Shown: positions 53,403 to 64,000 of the stretch, one piece after another
Numbering within the stretch: position 1 is the first letter of the stretch
Layout: each line of letters begins with the position of its first letter
Assembly: GCA_951406725.2 (NCBI GenBank)
Contig: OX597823.1
Location: 806,001-870,000, forward strand
Length of the DNA: 64,000 nt
Direction of reading: 5' to 3'
From: Octopus vulgaris
Taxonomy: Eukaryota
Notes under the pieces: generated by a model
The model's input: the letters and a program-made list of their open reading frames with translations, nothing else
The model's database searches: none
What the model was told of the DNA's origin: nothing
Position numbers and translations under genes: made by a program

Positions 53403-54564
53403 CTAGCAGTATTGCCCGGCTTTTGTGCTCATGCGTTCTATGCATGCGTGAATTAAGCTAAACTTGGATGAAGTTCAATCAAAATTCAATTATTTTGGTT
53501 TTAAAATTAAGCATTTAATGCCCTCTATTTTTACGCTTATGTGTTCCATTTCCTCAATAGGAAGTACGTAGAAGCGTTTCATAAATTTTTGTTGATCAAA
53601 TAATTGCATTGTTGAATTATTCTTTTAGATCAGCATTTCTCAACAGAGATTTCTGGGGAGAGTTTCAGCGAGTCGCTGGCGATGTATCGTGATGATCAAA
53701 AATCCGGCCTGCTAAAATTTGGTTAAAGTGATTCAAACTGCATACTCAACGCAAAATGGTCACATTTAATTCAAAGCATTAAAAATGTTATGAAAACAAT
53801 TGTTATGTGTTCACAAAGTCCAAACGATTAATATGAAAAAACCCTCCAGGCTACATCCCGAAAATTCATTTCTTTGCCAATTTCTACAATGTTTACGGCA
53901 ATTTGTTTCTATGTCTTGATTTTTTTATTTTTCATGCAATTTATGCATGCTTGCATGCGTGGTGAACACAGTTCACGTCAAACAGCTGACTGAGTAAGGT
54001 TCACTGTTCAATACATGGGATAAGGCCTAAACAAACACATTATCGATTTTTGCACTTGCGAGATGAATTTTGGAATAGAAATAGTGCAGTTCAATTTTCA
54101 TTCTCCTAAACTTTAAGTGACCCATTTTTGGTGGTTCTACGATTTGTTTGCTAGGAGGAGATGTGCCGGGAAGTTAAACACACAGACACACAAGTTGAGT
54201 TTTATATATATAGATTTCCCCTATCCCCTCACACCACTCTCACTCCACTCGCTATCTTATGTCATTCTATCACTCAGCCATTATTTCTTCCAAGGGAGGC
54301 TACTCCCTAACATTGATAGTTTTTCTAGAGTTACCTCCTTCAATGCTCAAACTTTAATCTATAATCTATAAGGCCTAAACAAACATCATCGATTTTTGCA
54401 CTTGTGAGATGAATTTCGGAACAGAAATAGCGCAGTTCAATTTTCATTCGCCTAAACTTTAAGTGACCCATTTTTGGTGGTTCTATGATTTGTTGGCTAG
54501 GAGGAGATGTGCCGGGAAGTTAAACACACAGACACACACACAAGTTGAGTTTTATATATATAGA
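53403..54564 (-). mobile_element. Non-autonomous Helitron with a duplicated 5' end
   Basis: Minus strand A|TCTATATATATAAAACTC starts at both 54564 and 54214. The 3' end is GCCGGGCAATACTGCTAG|T at 53403. 54369-54564 duplicates 54021-54214. Confidence 0.75.
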
Positions 54565-54742
<178 letters not shown>

Positions 54743-54759
54743 GCTGAAGACAATGTATA

Positions 54760-55030
54760 TGAGCGTTCAGCTTTCACCGAATGACCTGCACAAATGATTT
54801 GTTTATTGTGATCAAATGGTCATGCTGCAGCACATTAGCTCACTCCCTCATTTAAATTGATGTCTGAACAGGTGCACACAGGTATGCCATGAGTCAGGTG
54901 TCAAAGTGATAGCAGAGCAATGTGAGATGAAGTGTTTTTCTCAAGAACACAACGCACTACCTGGTATAGGAATTGAAATCAGGACTGCTTGATCACTAGT
55001 GCAACACCCTAACCACTAAGCCATGTGTCC
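54760..55030 (-). mobile_element. tRNA-headed SINE, third family
   Basis: Minus strand has tggcttagtggttagg (A box), atttcaattcc (decayed B box) and ttgtgttcttgagaaaaacactt core. Confidence 0.6.
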
Positions 55031-55343
55031 TACACCCCCCCCCCCCCCACACACATGTAAGGTCACTGTGATTAACTTAGAAGAATATGAAAATAAATAT
55101 TGTACGTTTGTGTCTCGAGTTGTGTGAAATGATTTTGTGAATATTTCTTTTTCAGGGGGAAAGAATTCCTCACGGCAGTGTCGGCAACAATTCCTTTCTG
55201 GTGTCAGAATTATTGACTTAACGAGGCAAGTAAATAACTCTTTCACAATTGGTGTGTCTCTTGCATGGTGCCACGGCCACACAGCACCATGAAATGAATA
55301 GCAAATACTGAAAAAGTGGGCTTTGAAATGATGGTCTCTCTCA

Positions 55344-55394
<51 letters not shown>

Positions 55395-55799
55395 ATTTGT
55401 TTCTGTACTTACAAATTTTTTCACTAAGATAAGATAAAAAAAAACCCTGCAGCAAATACTCTTCTCTTTGCAGTGTCCAAGAATGGCTAGAAACAAAGGC
55501 ACACATTTTTGCTTCAATCATCCTTACTTTGATGACATGAAATCTAGTTTGCTGAGATTTATCACACCAGCAAATGTATTGTTGTGTAATACACACACAT
55601 GGAAAGAGAGAGAGAGTGAAAGGAGAGAGAGAGAGAGAGAGAGAGAGTGAAAGGAGAGAAAGAGAGAGAGAGAGAGAGAGTGAGAGCTGTTGTTGGGTAG
55701 TAATCTGGAGAAATACTCAATACAAATATAGTTTATTGAAGCCATCCCAGTGGTTTCTTATGTGGCATTTTGCTCTAAACTGTGTGTGTGTGTGAGTGT

Positions 55800-55960
55800 A
55801 CCATGAGCTTCTTTCAGTTTTTGTCTACCAAATCCACTCACAAGGTTCTGGCTGACCCAGTGCTATAGTAGAACACACTTCCCCAAACTGCTGCACAGTG
55901 AAATTGAACCCAAAACCATGTGGGTAGGAAGTAAACTTTTTAACTTTATGGCCATGCTGT
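55800..55960 (-). mobile_element. CORE-like SINE 5' part
   Basis: Homologous to 59930-60090. Confidence 0.6.
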
Positions 55961-56269
55961 ACCATTTATTAACTGGTTATAGTTAAATGACCAATCCAAG
56001 ATTCTGCCTTCCAACTCATCTTCCTAATGACTTTGGATAAACATTTTGTATGAAAGCTAGTCTAGATCTTACACTACAGAATGATGTACCTGCTGTGGAT
56101 TTGAATGTAAAACCTATCTACAGTTTCATAAATCCATGTCCAGTGTCTGAATCCATTCAACTGGTTTATCTCTCAACTCAAGGACATGAGTGACCATTAC
56201 TACCTTTAATATACAAAACAGCTTCTGCTCTATCTCTAGACTTTATTATTATTGGTTTTACTGCCCTGT

Positions 56270-56510
56270 GCAAAGCATCTGTGTTGGTGCCACACAACAA
56301 ACACCTGTGCTGGTGCCACATATAAAGCGCCCAGTACACTCTGTAGAGCAGATGGTGTTAAGAAGGGCATCCAGCTGTGGAAACCATGCCCAAACAGATA
56401 ATTGAAACCTGGTGCAGCTCTCCAGCCTTGCCAGCTCCTGTCAAACCATCCAACCCATGCCAGCAACCCGAAACAGACATTAAATGACGACGATGATGAT
56501 GATGATGATT
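56270..56510 (+). mobile_element. RTE-tail repeat
   Basis: aagggcatccagctg...ccaacccatgccagc...(GAT)n. Confidence 0.7.
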
Positions 56511-56901
56511 AACATCTGTTTCTATAGTTTTTGTTCACAAGACATTTGGCCCCAGTGAATGCGTTTCCCCAGGAAAGGTTTCACCCAATGAAGGACTTTC
56601 CCCAGGGGAATATTTTAGGGTTCAGCTCCAATGAAACATTCATAAATTATATGATGTTCCTTTCACCCTGCCACTCCCACTTTTATAGATCCAGGGGGCA
56701 GGGGGTTGGCATCGTTGGCACTTTCTGCACCGTTTTTAGCAACACCCATCCCAATGAAGAGAAGGACACGGGTTCATGTGTGGTGGTGGTGGGTGAGGGG
56801 GTGGGGAGAGGACAGGTGCTTGCTGGTGCACGAGTGTGTAAATAGTTGTGTGGTTGTGTTGCAATGCTTTTATATATTTATGTAAAATGATGAGTGCTTT
56901 G

Positions 56902-56949
<48 letters not shown>

Positions 56950-57388
56950 TGTGTGTGTATGTATCTGTTTATAAATGTGTATGAATGTGTATTTTAAATC
57001 TAGTTATAAGTTTTGAATTAATGTGTGTATAAGTTGTATGCTTGTGTGTATGTGTATGTGTGTGCGCACTTGTATGCATGTGTGTGTGTGTGCGCACTTG
57101 TATGCGTGGGAGGAAGTGATGGTGTGGGTGGGCGCGGGAGGAGGGAAGGGATGCTGACATTCAAGATGAGAAGAAGTTGGGAGAATTTCAATGATTCGAT
57201 TAGCATTTCAATGTGACCTTTGACTTTTGACCTTCTGTTTACCAAAAATCATGTTGACATTAATTGTCCAGCTGACAGAAACAGTTAAGGCAGAAATTTG
57301 ACTCTGTGTGTGTGTGTGTGTAATGTATATGAGTATGCATGCTGTTTTGTATCTGTCTGCATGTGTGTATGGTGTTTTTTTAAAAATC

Positions 57389-57429
<41 letters not shown>

Positions 57430-57529
57430 TCCCCACTATGTGGGCGGTATTTTGTGCAGTGCATGTTGAGGTTTTGTGTGTGTGAGAGGAAGAAATAGTG
57501 AGACATAAATGCAGTTAGAAAAAGTTGGA

Positions 57530-57592
57530 GAAGAGGTGGGGGGTGGAAGAGGTGGGGGTGGAAGAGGTGGGGGTGGAAGAAGTGGGGGTGGA
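57530..57592. repeat. 15-bp G-rich tandem (gaagaggtgggggtg) x4
   Basis: Seen directly. Confidence 0.9.
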
Positions 57593-57672
57593 ATAGTTGA
57601 GAAAAATGCTAAGAAGGAGGGAGAAAGAGAAAAAGAATCAAGTTAGGATGGAAGAAAGCTGAATAACAAAGA

Positions 57673-57676
57673 TAGT

Positions 57677-57745
<69 letters not shown>

Positions 57746-57772
57746 TGCAGCAGCAGCAGTTGATGATGATGT
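57673..57772. repeat. (CAG)n(TAG)n compound microsatellite
   Basis: Seen directly. Confidence 0.95.
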
Positions 57773-57809
57773 AAAGGCTGAGTGTCCTGTTGGGGATGCA
57801 GTAGACACC

Positions 57810-57924
57810 ATGCATGTCCACCTTTTGACACTCTTGATACCAGCTGTCCCCTTGAAGACCCTGGACTCCAGGTGTCCATCCCTCTTTGACCTTTGGTCAA
57901 AGTTTGCTGCTTTACTACTACAAG
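57810..57924 (+). CDS. Weak candidate host first exon ending in a hydrophobic stretch (WSKFAALLLQ) with phase-1 donor
   Basis: accATG start, AAG|GTGAGG donor, non-repetitive sequence. No homology recognised. Confidence 0.25.
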
Positions 57925-58641
57925 GTGAGGAAAGAATTGTTCTTAAACGGGAGAATGTCACTTTAGTTTTCCTTTCATGGAAATCTGCTGATGTAGCTTT
58001 GGCCCATGCTGGAGCATAAAATATAAGGATGTTAATTAGAAACAATTTGAAAGCCTGATTTTGAAGGGAGCAGAACTGATGGCTGAACAGAAGGGAAGGG
58101 ACTGAGTTGGGATTGGTTGTGAAGGGTTTTGGAAACTGGGAAATTTTAGTTTGATTTCACTCAAATAATTCTTTGCTGTTAATTATAATACTTAAGTATG
58201 ATGGACCCCCTAAGCTCTGGAACAGGGGAGGCCGGGTTCAGGGGATGCTCTTGTTCTCCCCTAAAATATTTTGTGATGCAACGAAAACACTTTGAACATC
58301 CTGGGTGGATCTGGACTCACAACCCCTGAAGTAAATTTCCTTCCTGAACTTATGGATGGACCCCACAAGAATGCCTGTTGTTGTGATGTCATGTGACATA
58401 GTTGTATTAATCTTGTTGGATTGGTGACAATAGCTAATTGGCATCAGACATGGAAGGCATCAGACAAAATTTTTTGTGACATTTCTTCCAACTTTTTATG
58501 TTTTGAATTGGCATCCTACCAAGATCAACTTTACCCTTCATCTTTCCAGGGTTGATATCACAAGTACCAGTTGCACATTGGGGTTGATGAAATTGTCTTA
58601 ATCCTTCCCCTGGAATTGCTTGCCTTGTGCTAAAATTTGAA

Positions 58642-58682
58642 ATTATTATTCCTATTATTATTATTATTATTATTATTATTGC

Positions 58683-58723
<41 letters not shown>

Positions 58724-58877
58724 GTTATTATTATTATTATTACTACTATTATCATCATTCTTCTTCTTCTTCTTCTTCTTATCATTATTATCATTCTTCT
58801 TCTTCTTCTTCTTCTTCTTCTTCTTCTTCTTCTTCTTCTTCTTCTTCTTCTTCTTCTTCTTCTCCTCATTATTATTA
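58642..58877. repeat. (TTA)n/(TTC)n compound microsatellite
   Basis: Seen directly. Confidence 0.95.
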
Positions 58878-58879
58878 AG

Positions 58880-59082
58880 TCAATGATCTGGCAGAAGTGT
58901 CAGCATGTTGGACCAAATGTTAAGTGGCATTTCTTTCAATCTGAGTTCAAATCACCAAGATTGACTTTGCCTTTCATCCTTTTGGGGGTCAATGAAATAA
59001 ATACCTTTTGGTCACTGGAGTCGATGTAATCAACTTGACCCCCCCCCCCCGAAATTGCTGGCCTTGTGCAAAAATTTGAAAC
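58880..59082 (+). mobile_element. SINE copy (a sister copy lies at 58440-58641)
   Basis: ctggcagaag...gagttcaaat...ctttgcctttcatccttt...ggccttgtgcaaaaatttgaaa. Confidence 0.65.
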
Positions 59083-59220
59083 CGTTATTATTGTTGTTAT
59101 TTTTGTTGTTGATGTTATTGTATAGAATCCTGGCTGGTCCTTACTGTACAATGATTCTGGCAGATATGGGAGCAGAAGTAATTAAAGTGGAGAGACCAGG
59201 TATGTTTATGTGAGTTTGTG

Positions 59221-59520
59221 GAGGTGCAAGCGTGGGTCTGTGGTAAGAGGCTTTGTTCCCAGCCACATGACTCCAGGTTCAATTCCACTGCTTGGCATCT
59301 TGGGCAAGTGTCTTCTACTATAGCCTTGGGTCAACCAAAGCCTTGTGAGTGGATTTGGTAGACAGAAACTGAAAGAAGCCTGTTGGATATATATATATAT
59401 ATTTGAGTGTGTCTTTGTGTCTGTTTGTCCCTTACCACTGCTTGGCAGCCAGTGTTGGTGTGTTTACATCCTCATCACTTAATGGTTCAACAAATGCGAC
59501 CAATAGAATAAGTACCTGGC
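59221..59520 (+). mobile_element. tRNA-derived CORE-like SINE
   Basis: A box tggtaagagg, B box ggttcaattcc, core atcttgggcaagtgtctt. Confidence 0.75.
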
Positions 59521-59689
59521 TTGATTATCAGGTCTTTACTGATAACGTCATCATTACGCATATCATTACTGTATTGCTATTGTGACATTTGTGAGTCCTT
59601 ATTGGGATGTTGTTATTCACTGTGTCCTTACGATGTCATTACTAACTGTACCATTATTCTGTCCTTTGTATAGAATTAAATAATTGGTT

Positions 59690-60095
59690 ATTTTACTCTT
59701 TTACTTGTTTCAGTCATTTGACTGCGACCATGTTGGAGCACCGCCTTTAGTTGAGCAAATTGACCTCAGGACTTATTCTTTGTAAGCCTAGTACTTATTC
59801 TATCGGACTCTTTTGCTGAACCGCTAAGTTACGGGGACACAAACACACCAGCATCAGTTGTCAAGCAATGTTGTAGGGACAAACACAGACATACAAACAC
59901 ACATACATATATATACATATACATATATACAACGGGCTTCTTTCAGTTTCCATCTACCAAATCCACTCACAAGGCTTTGGTCAGCTCGAGGCTATAGTAG
60001 AAGACACTTGCCCAAGGTGCCACGCAGTGGGACTAAACCCAGAACCATGTGGTTAGTAAGCAAGGTGCTTACCACACAGCCATTCCTGTGCCTAT
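59690..60095 (-). mobile_element. Full-length CORE-like SINE
   Basis: Same family as 59221-59520, including its 3' tail. Confidence 0.75.
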
Positions 60096-61097
60096 TTTAA
60101 TATGATTAAATAAAATGATTAATGTAAAAACTAATGTCTTTATAATTACTGTCATTACTGACAATTTAATTACTAATTAAAACTTTATTATCGCTGCTCA
60201 AGATGTTTTTATTGAGTTGTTACTGTCTCACCATTCAATATATCATTATCTGCTATGTCATCACCATATTCTTACTCACTGACTTATTACTGTGTAATTA
60301 AGGTTATTTGTGTGTTTTAATGCATTATTAATATCAAATGTGTCATTACTGCTATATTATTGTCTCTCATTATTGTTTCATTATCGACTGTGCCATTATT
60401 CTATCATGTTGTTATACATCATTACTATGTTATTACTGATTCTGCGCTTATATACTCATCCGTTAGCATCTCTATCATTACAGACTGTTTGCTATAAATG
60501 CTGTTATGCTTCACACTCTCTTATATCATACATAATCATGCTGTATACTTTATTATGCTATACTCCCTGTTATACTATGCACCCTTGTTGTAACTTTTGA
60601 CTCTTGACTCTGCCATTCTTGACTCTATTTTAACTGTGTTTTGTCACTGATTCTTTGTTTCCCATTCCTATTATTCACAGTCTTCATGGCTGATTCTGTT
60701 GTTACCAATTCTATTCATACTGTTGTTGTTCAAATGCAGACCTTGATAATAGGCACTCCAACCACGACCATCTTCCCTTTGTTTCAAATTGTAGGATATC
60801 TAAGACTACATCATAAAATATGTTTCCACTTTTTCAGATGGTTGGTTGTAATTTCAAGGAGATTTAGCTACTACTGTTAGCATCTCAAGTGAACGCATAG
60901 AGCCTTCCTTATTCATCCCTAGTGGTCCTCTTTATCCTAGTTCTGTCATTACCGATGTCTCTAGTATTAATTTCATAATTATGAACTGTTTTAATGACTT
61001 TTGTGGCTACAAAACGATTAGAACCAACTGACTGTTATTACAAATTTTGCTACTACCTGTGTTGTGGTTGCTGTTGTTGTTGTCATTATTATTATTA

Positions 61098-61300
61098 TGA
61101 AGGTGGTGTTCTGGCAGACTCATTAGCATCCTGGACAAAATGCTCAGCAGCATTTCATCTGTCCTTACATTTTGAGTTCAAATTCTGCCAAGGTTGACTT
61201 TGCCTTTCATTCTTTCAGGGTCGATAAAATAAATACAAGTCAAGAACTGGGGTCGATGCAATCGACTTACCCAGCTCCCCTTGTGCTAAAATTTGAAACC
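61098..61300 (+). mobile_element. SINE copy
   Basis: Homologous to 58880-59082. Confidence 0.65.
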
Positions 61301-61824
61301 CTCTTCCTCCTCCTCTTCTTTTTCTTCTTCTTCTATCGAAGGTTGTGGAGATGACACAAGGACATGGGGTCCACCATTTCGAAGTTCAGAGAGTACCTAC
61401 TTCCTCTCGGTCAACCGGAATAAAAAGGTTTGTATTTGAGAGTGTATATCTTTCTACCGGTCTGCCTAACTGCCTGTCTGTAATGAGCAGGTAGATTAGA
61501 GATGGAATTAATGCAAAAGGAGGCTGCTTTATCAAAGATCTCTTTATATGAGAACAGGTTAGAGGTTCTGTTATGGATAAAATGTCTGGGTGGTAGGAAT
61601 ATTACTTGATATTTCTCAGTATTGCAGAAAGTTTAAGGCTTTAAGATGTGTGATTTGATGGAGATTGGATTGCTATGTCCAGAAGGTTGAGTGACCATGT
61701 AGGAATTCCTTTGTTTGAAATATACCAGGAAGAATGCTTAGGCAGAAAAAAGATCAAGGAACCAAGTAGAGCTTATCTTACTGACTTGAAATACCAATGC
61801 AGAAAGTTTTGTCAGCACTCTATC

Positions 61825-61960
61825 AGTTATGACAATGAGGCTTCCAGTTGATCCAATCAAAGGAAAAGCCTGCTTGTGAGAGTGAAATTAATGTGCAAGT
61901 GAAATTAATATGTAGTTCTCAAGGAGATTCAGCACGACACAGAATGTGACGAGGCTGGAG
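61825..61960 (+). mobile_element. Possible Nin/Deu-type conserved SINE domain fragment
   Basis: ttccagttgatccaatcaaaggaaaagcctgcttgtg...gtgaaattaatgtgcaagtg resembles the domain as recalled; unverified. Confidence 0.35.
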
Positions 61961-62132
61961 AGTGTGTGTGTCAAAGATAGATTGGTAGGTAGTGTTGTCA
62001 CCATAGTAACTAAGAAGTTTTTATTAAAAATGCTGCAATTTTAAGTGTAAGTCTGTCAATACAACACATCACAGACTTCAGAAAAAAAAAAAATATATAT
62101 CTGTAAGTCAAATTTAAAGTTAAAGAATTAAG

Positions 62133-62660
62133 CAGCTCTATATTTAAGAGATGAGGAATTATGTACATTATTTAATTTGACAGATATTTGTCCTCATCTT
62201 GTTTGTTGTAATACGTTTCGACTGATATACCATCCAGCCTTCATTAGGCGTCTTGGGGAAATTTTGGACCTGGATTCTCATTACTAAGGTATTTTTTGAT
62301 GTTGTTGTTATTATTATTATTATTGTTCAGGTCACTGCTTGGAATTGAACTCGGAATCTTGGTGTTAGTAGCCCACGCTCTTAACCACTATGCCATATGC
62401 TCACGGGCATATGGCATAGTGGTTAAGAGCATGGGTTACTAACACCAAGATTCTGAGTTCAATTCCAGTCAGTAACTTGAATTATAATAATAATAATAAT
62501 AATAATAACATCGAAAAATACTTTAGGAATGAGAACCAAGGTTTGAAATTTCTCCAAGACACCTGATGAAGGCTGGAGAATACATCAGCTGAAACGTTGT
62601 GTTAACAACAAACAAGATAAGGACAAATATCTGCCAAATGTAAATAATGTAAATAATGTA
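62133..62660. mobile_element. Head-to-head inverted dimer of a tRNA-headed element carrying a hammerhead ribozyme
   Basis: Arms 62164-62400 and 62407-62651 are reverse complements around a tcacgg spacer. Each arm has A box, B box, (AAT)n and a hammerhead motif. Confidence 0.85.
62558..62603 (+). ncRNA. Minimal type I hammerhead ribozyme (Penelope type)
   Basis: GACAC CTGATGA a GGCTG gagaatacat CAGCT GAA ACGT T GTGTT. Stem I GACAC/GTGTT, stem II GGCTG/CAGCT, palindromic ACGT stem III. Confidence 0.72.
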
Positions 62661-62906
62661 AAGAATGAAGGTTTTGAAATTATTCATTAAATGCAGTATG
62701 AAAACCTTGCTTCAGGGTCAGTCGTTGGTCGTACGTCTGTGGAGCAGATTCACCACTTATGGCTGCCAGGTGTCATTAGTGATATTTTGCATTAATCGTT
62801 GGATCGACTTACAGGAATTCCACGCTCCATCTTCTCTATTAATCTTTAATATATATATATATGTATATTTATATATACAATAATATGTTACATTACTCGA
62901 TAGTCA

Positions 62907-62969
62907 AGATAAAACTCTGAGTTTCAGATGCCGAAGTGGAAATCCACAACACCATCTCTTCGGTTATCT
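62907..62969 (-). ncRNA. Type I hammerhead-like motif in the Penelope LTR (core CCGAAGA)
   Basis: Minus strand reads AGATAA CCGAAGA GATG..gtggatttccac..CATCT GAA ACTCAGAGT T TTATCT. A decayed twin lies at 63682-63744 (+). Confidence 0.55.
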
Positions 62970-63162
62970 GGCTATTTGAAAACGCTATGAAAAAATACCG
63001 TTATACGAAGGGAAATTACTGTGTTATAACTCTGCTTGCCTGCGTACTTATACATCGCTCGCATTTTTCGTCATAAAAATGATATAAAAATACATAAAAA
63101 ATATATAAAAAATATATAAAAATATATATAATATTCTTGGGACATAACATAGAAAGCATGTT

Positions 63163-63505
63163 CTATCTGTTTTCTTTAGGGGACCAAAAACGTAACAGAA
63201 ATTTAGTCACATGTGGGCATGATCCGAAAAGTTCTGTCCTTGTGTTTAGACATGTAGTAGGGTCTAAGCTGCTTTTCCAGATAAGCCATCTCTCCATGTC
63301 GCATAAACCGCACCTTCCGCTGCCGTTGGTATAGGGCTTACATCTGGCCAAAATCTTCCAATGTATGTTATAATCGACACCTTTATCTCTTAAAGACCAA
63401 ATATGATTAGATAATTGTGTCGCTTTTCTTTTGTTCCAGTGCCTAAAGCTCAAAGTGTGGTTATTGAACCTGGCCTTGAAGTTACCCTCTGTAAGGCCCA
63501 CGTAT
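63163..63505 (-). pseudogene. Penelope GIY-YIG endonuclease C-terminal fragment
   Basis: YVGLTEGNFKARFNNHTLSF, LSNHIW, CGLCDMER and LNTRTELFGSCPH motifs. Confidence 0.88.
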
Positions 63506-63842
63506 TTCTTCGTCGAAACAATTTATATATTTTTATATATTTTTTATATATTTTTATGTATTTTTATATCATTTTTATGACGAAAAATGCGAGCGATGTA
63601 TAAGTACGCAGGCAAGCAGAGTTATAACACAGTAATTTCCCTTTGTATAACAGTATTTTTTCATAGCGTTTTCAAATAGCCAGATAATCAAAGAGATGGT
63701 GTTGTGGATTTCCACTTCGGCATCTGATATTCAGAGTTTTATCTTGACTATCGAGTAATGTAACATATTATTGTATAGATAAATTTCCTCTATTTACATA
63801 ATATTGAGGTCTCTTTCTTTCTTTTGTTATCTTACCGTTTTA

Positions 63843-63881
<39 letters not shown>

Positions 63882-64000
63882 TGTGCTATAGTATTATTAT
63901 ACTTTTACTATTTTTAACTATAGTATTGCTATACTATAGTGTTTCTAGGCTGTAACTATAGAACATATCTACACATTTTTAGCTTCCCCACCCCAACTGT

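Larger units (their letters stand above)
62870..63845 (-). mobile_element. 5'-truncated Penelope-like element with inverted pseudo-LTRs
   Basis: 62870-63130 is the reverse complement of 63520-63777; these flank a GIY-YIG C-terminal ORF. Confidence 0.88.

Noticed and set aside
60100-60760. Hydrophobic ORFs 60310..60600 and 60641..60880 as membrane proteins
   Set aside because: Low-complexity T/A-rich decayed simple repeat with non-ATG starts.
62407-62478. Functional tRNA gene
   Set aside because: The acceptor stem does not pair and there is no oligo-T terminator. It is a tRNA-derived head within a repeat.

Overview
Repeat-dominated, AT-rich eukaryotic (animal) DNA with no confidently identifiable host gene. 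The repeat content (tRNA/CORE-type SINEs, RTE tails ending in (GAT)n, large (AAT)n and (TA)n tracts) resembles octopus/cephalopod DNA, but this is an inference. The window holds: an array of R4/Dong-type RLE retrotransposon fragments in (TAA)n; five mariner copies; a pogo-type DDE_1+PHD transposon with a probable intron and a nested RTE; a HERO-like RLE element; a Chapaev3-like transposase relic; a near-intact 4.6 kb CR1-group LINE; a non-autonomous Helitron; and a Penelope fragment with inverted LTRs. Three observations stand out. (1) A tRNA-headed (Pol III box) short element carrying a Penelope-type minimal hammerhead ribozyme sits as a head-to-head palindromic dimer (62.1-62.7 kb), and other hammerhead-like motifs occur elsewhere in the window. 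(2) The full-length LINE has a Myb/SANT-like + polyQ + 2xCCCH ORF1 and an ATG-less ORF2 entered at a T-TTT-TTA slippery site. (3) An RTE family has a PHD finger inserted inside its reverse transcriptase. Most short ORFs in the supplied track are microsatellite or antisense noise. All family assignments come from motif recognition by eye, not database searches.
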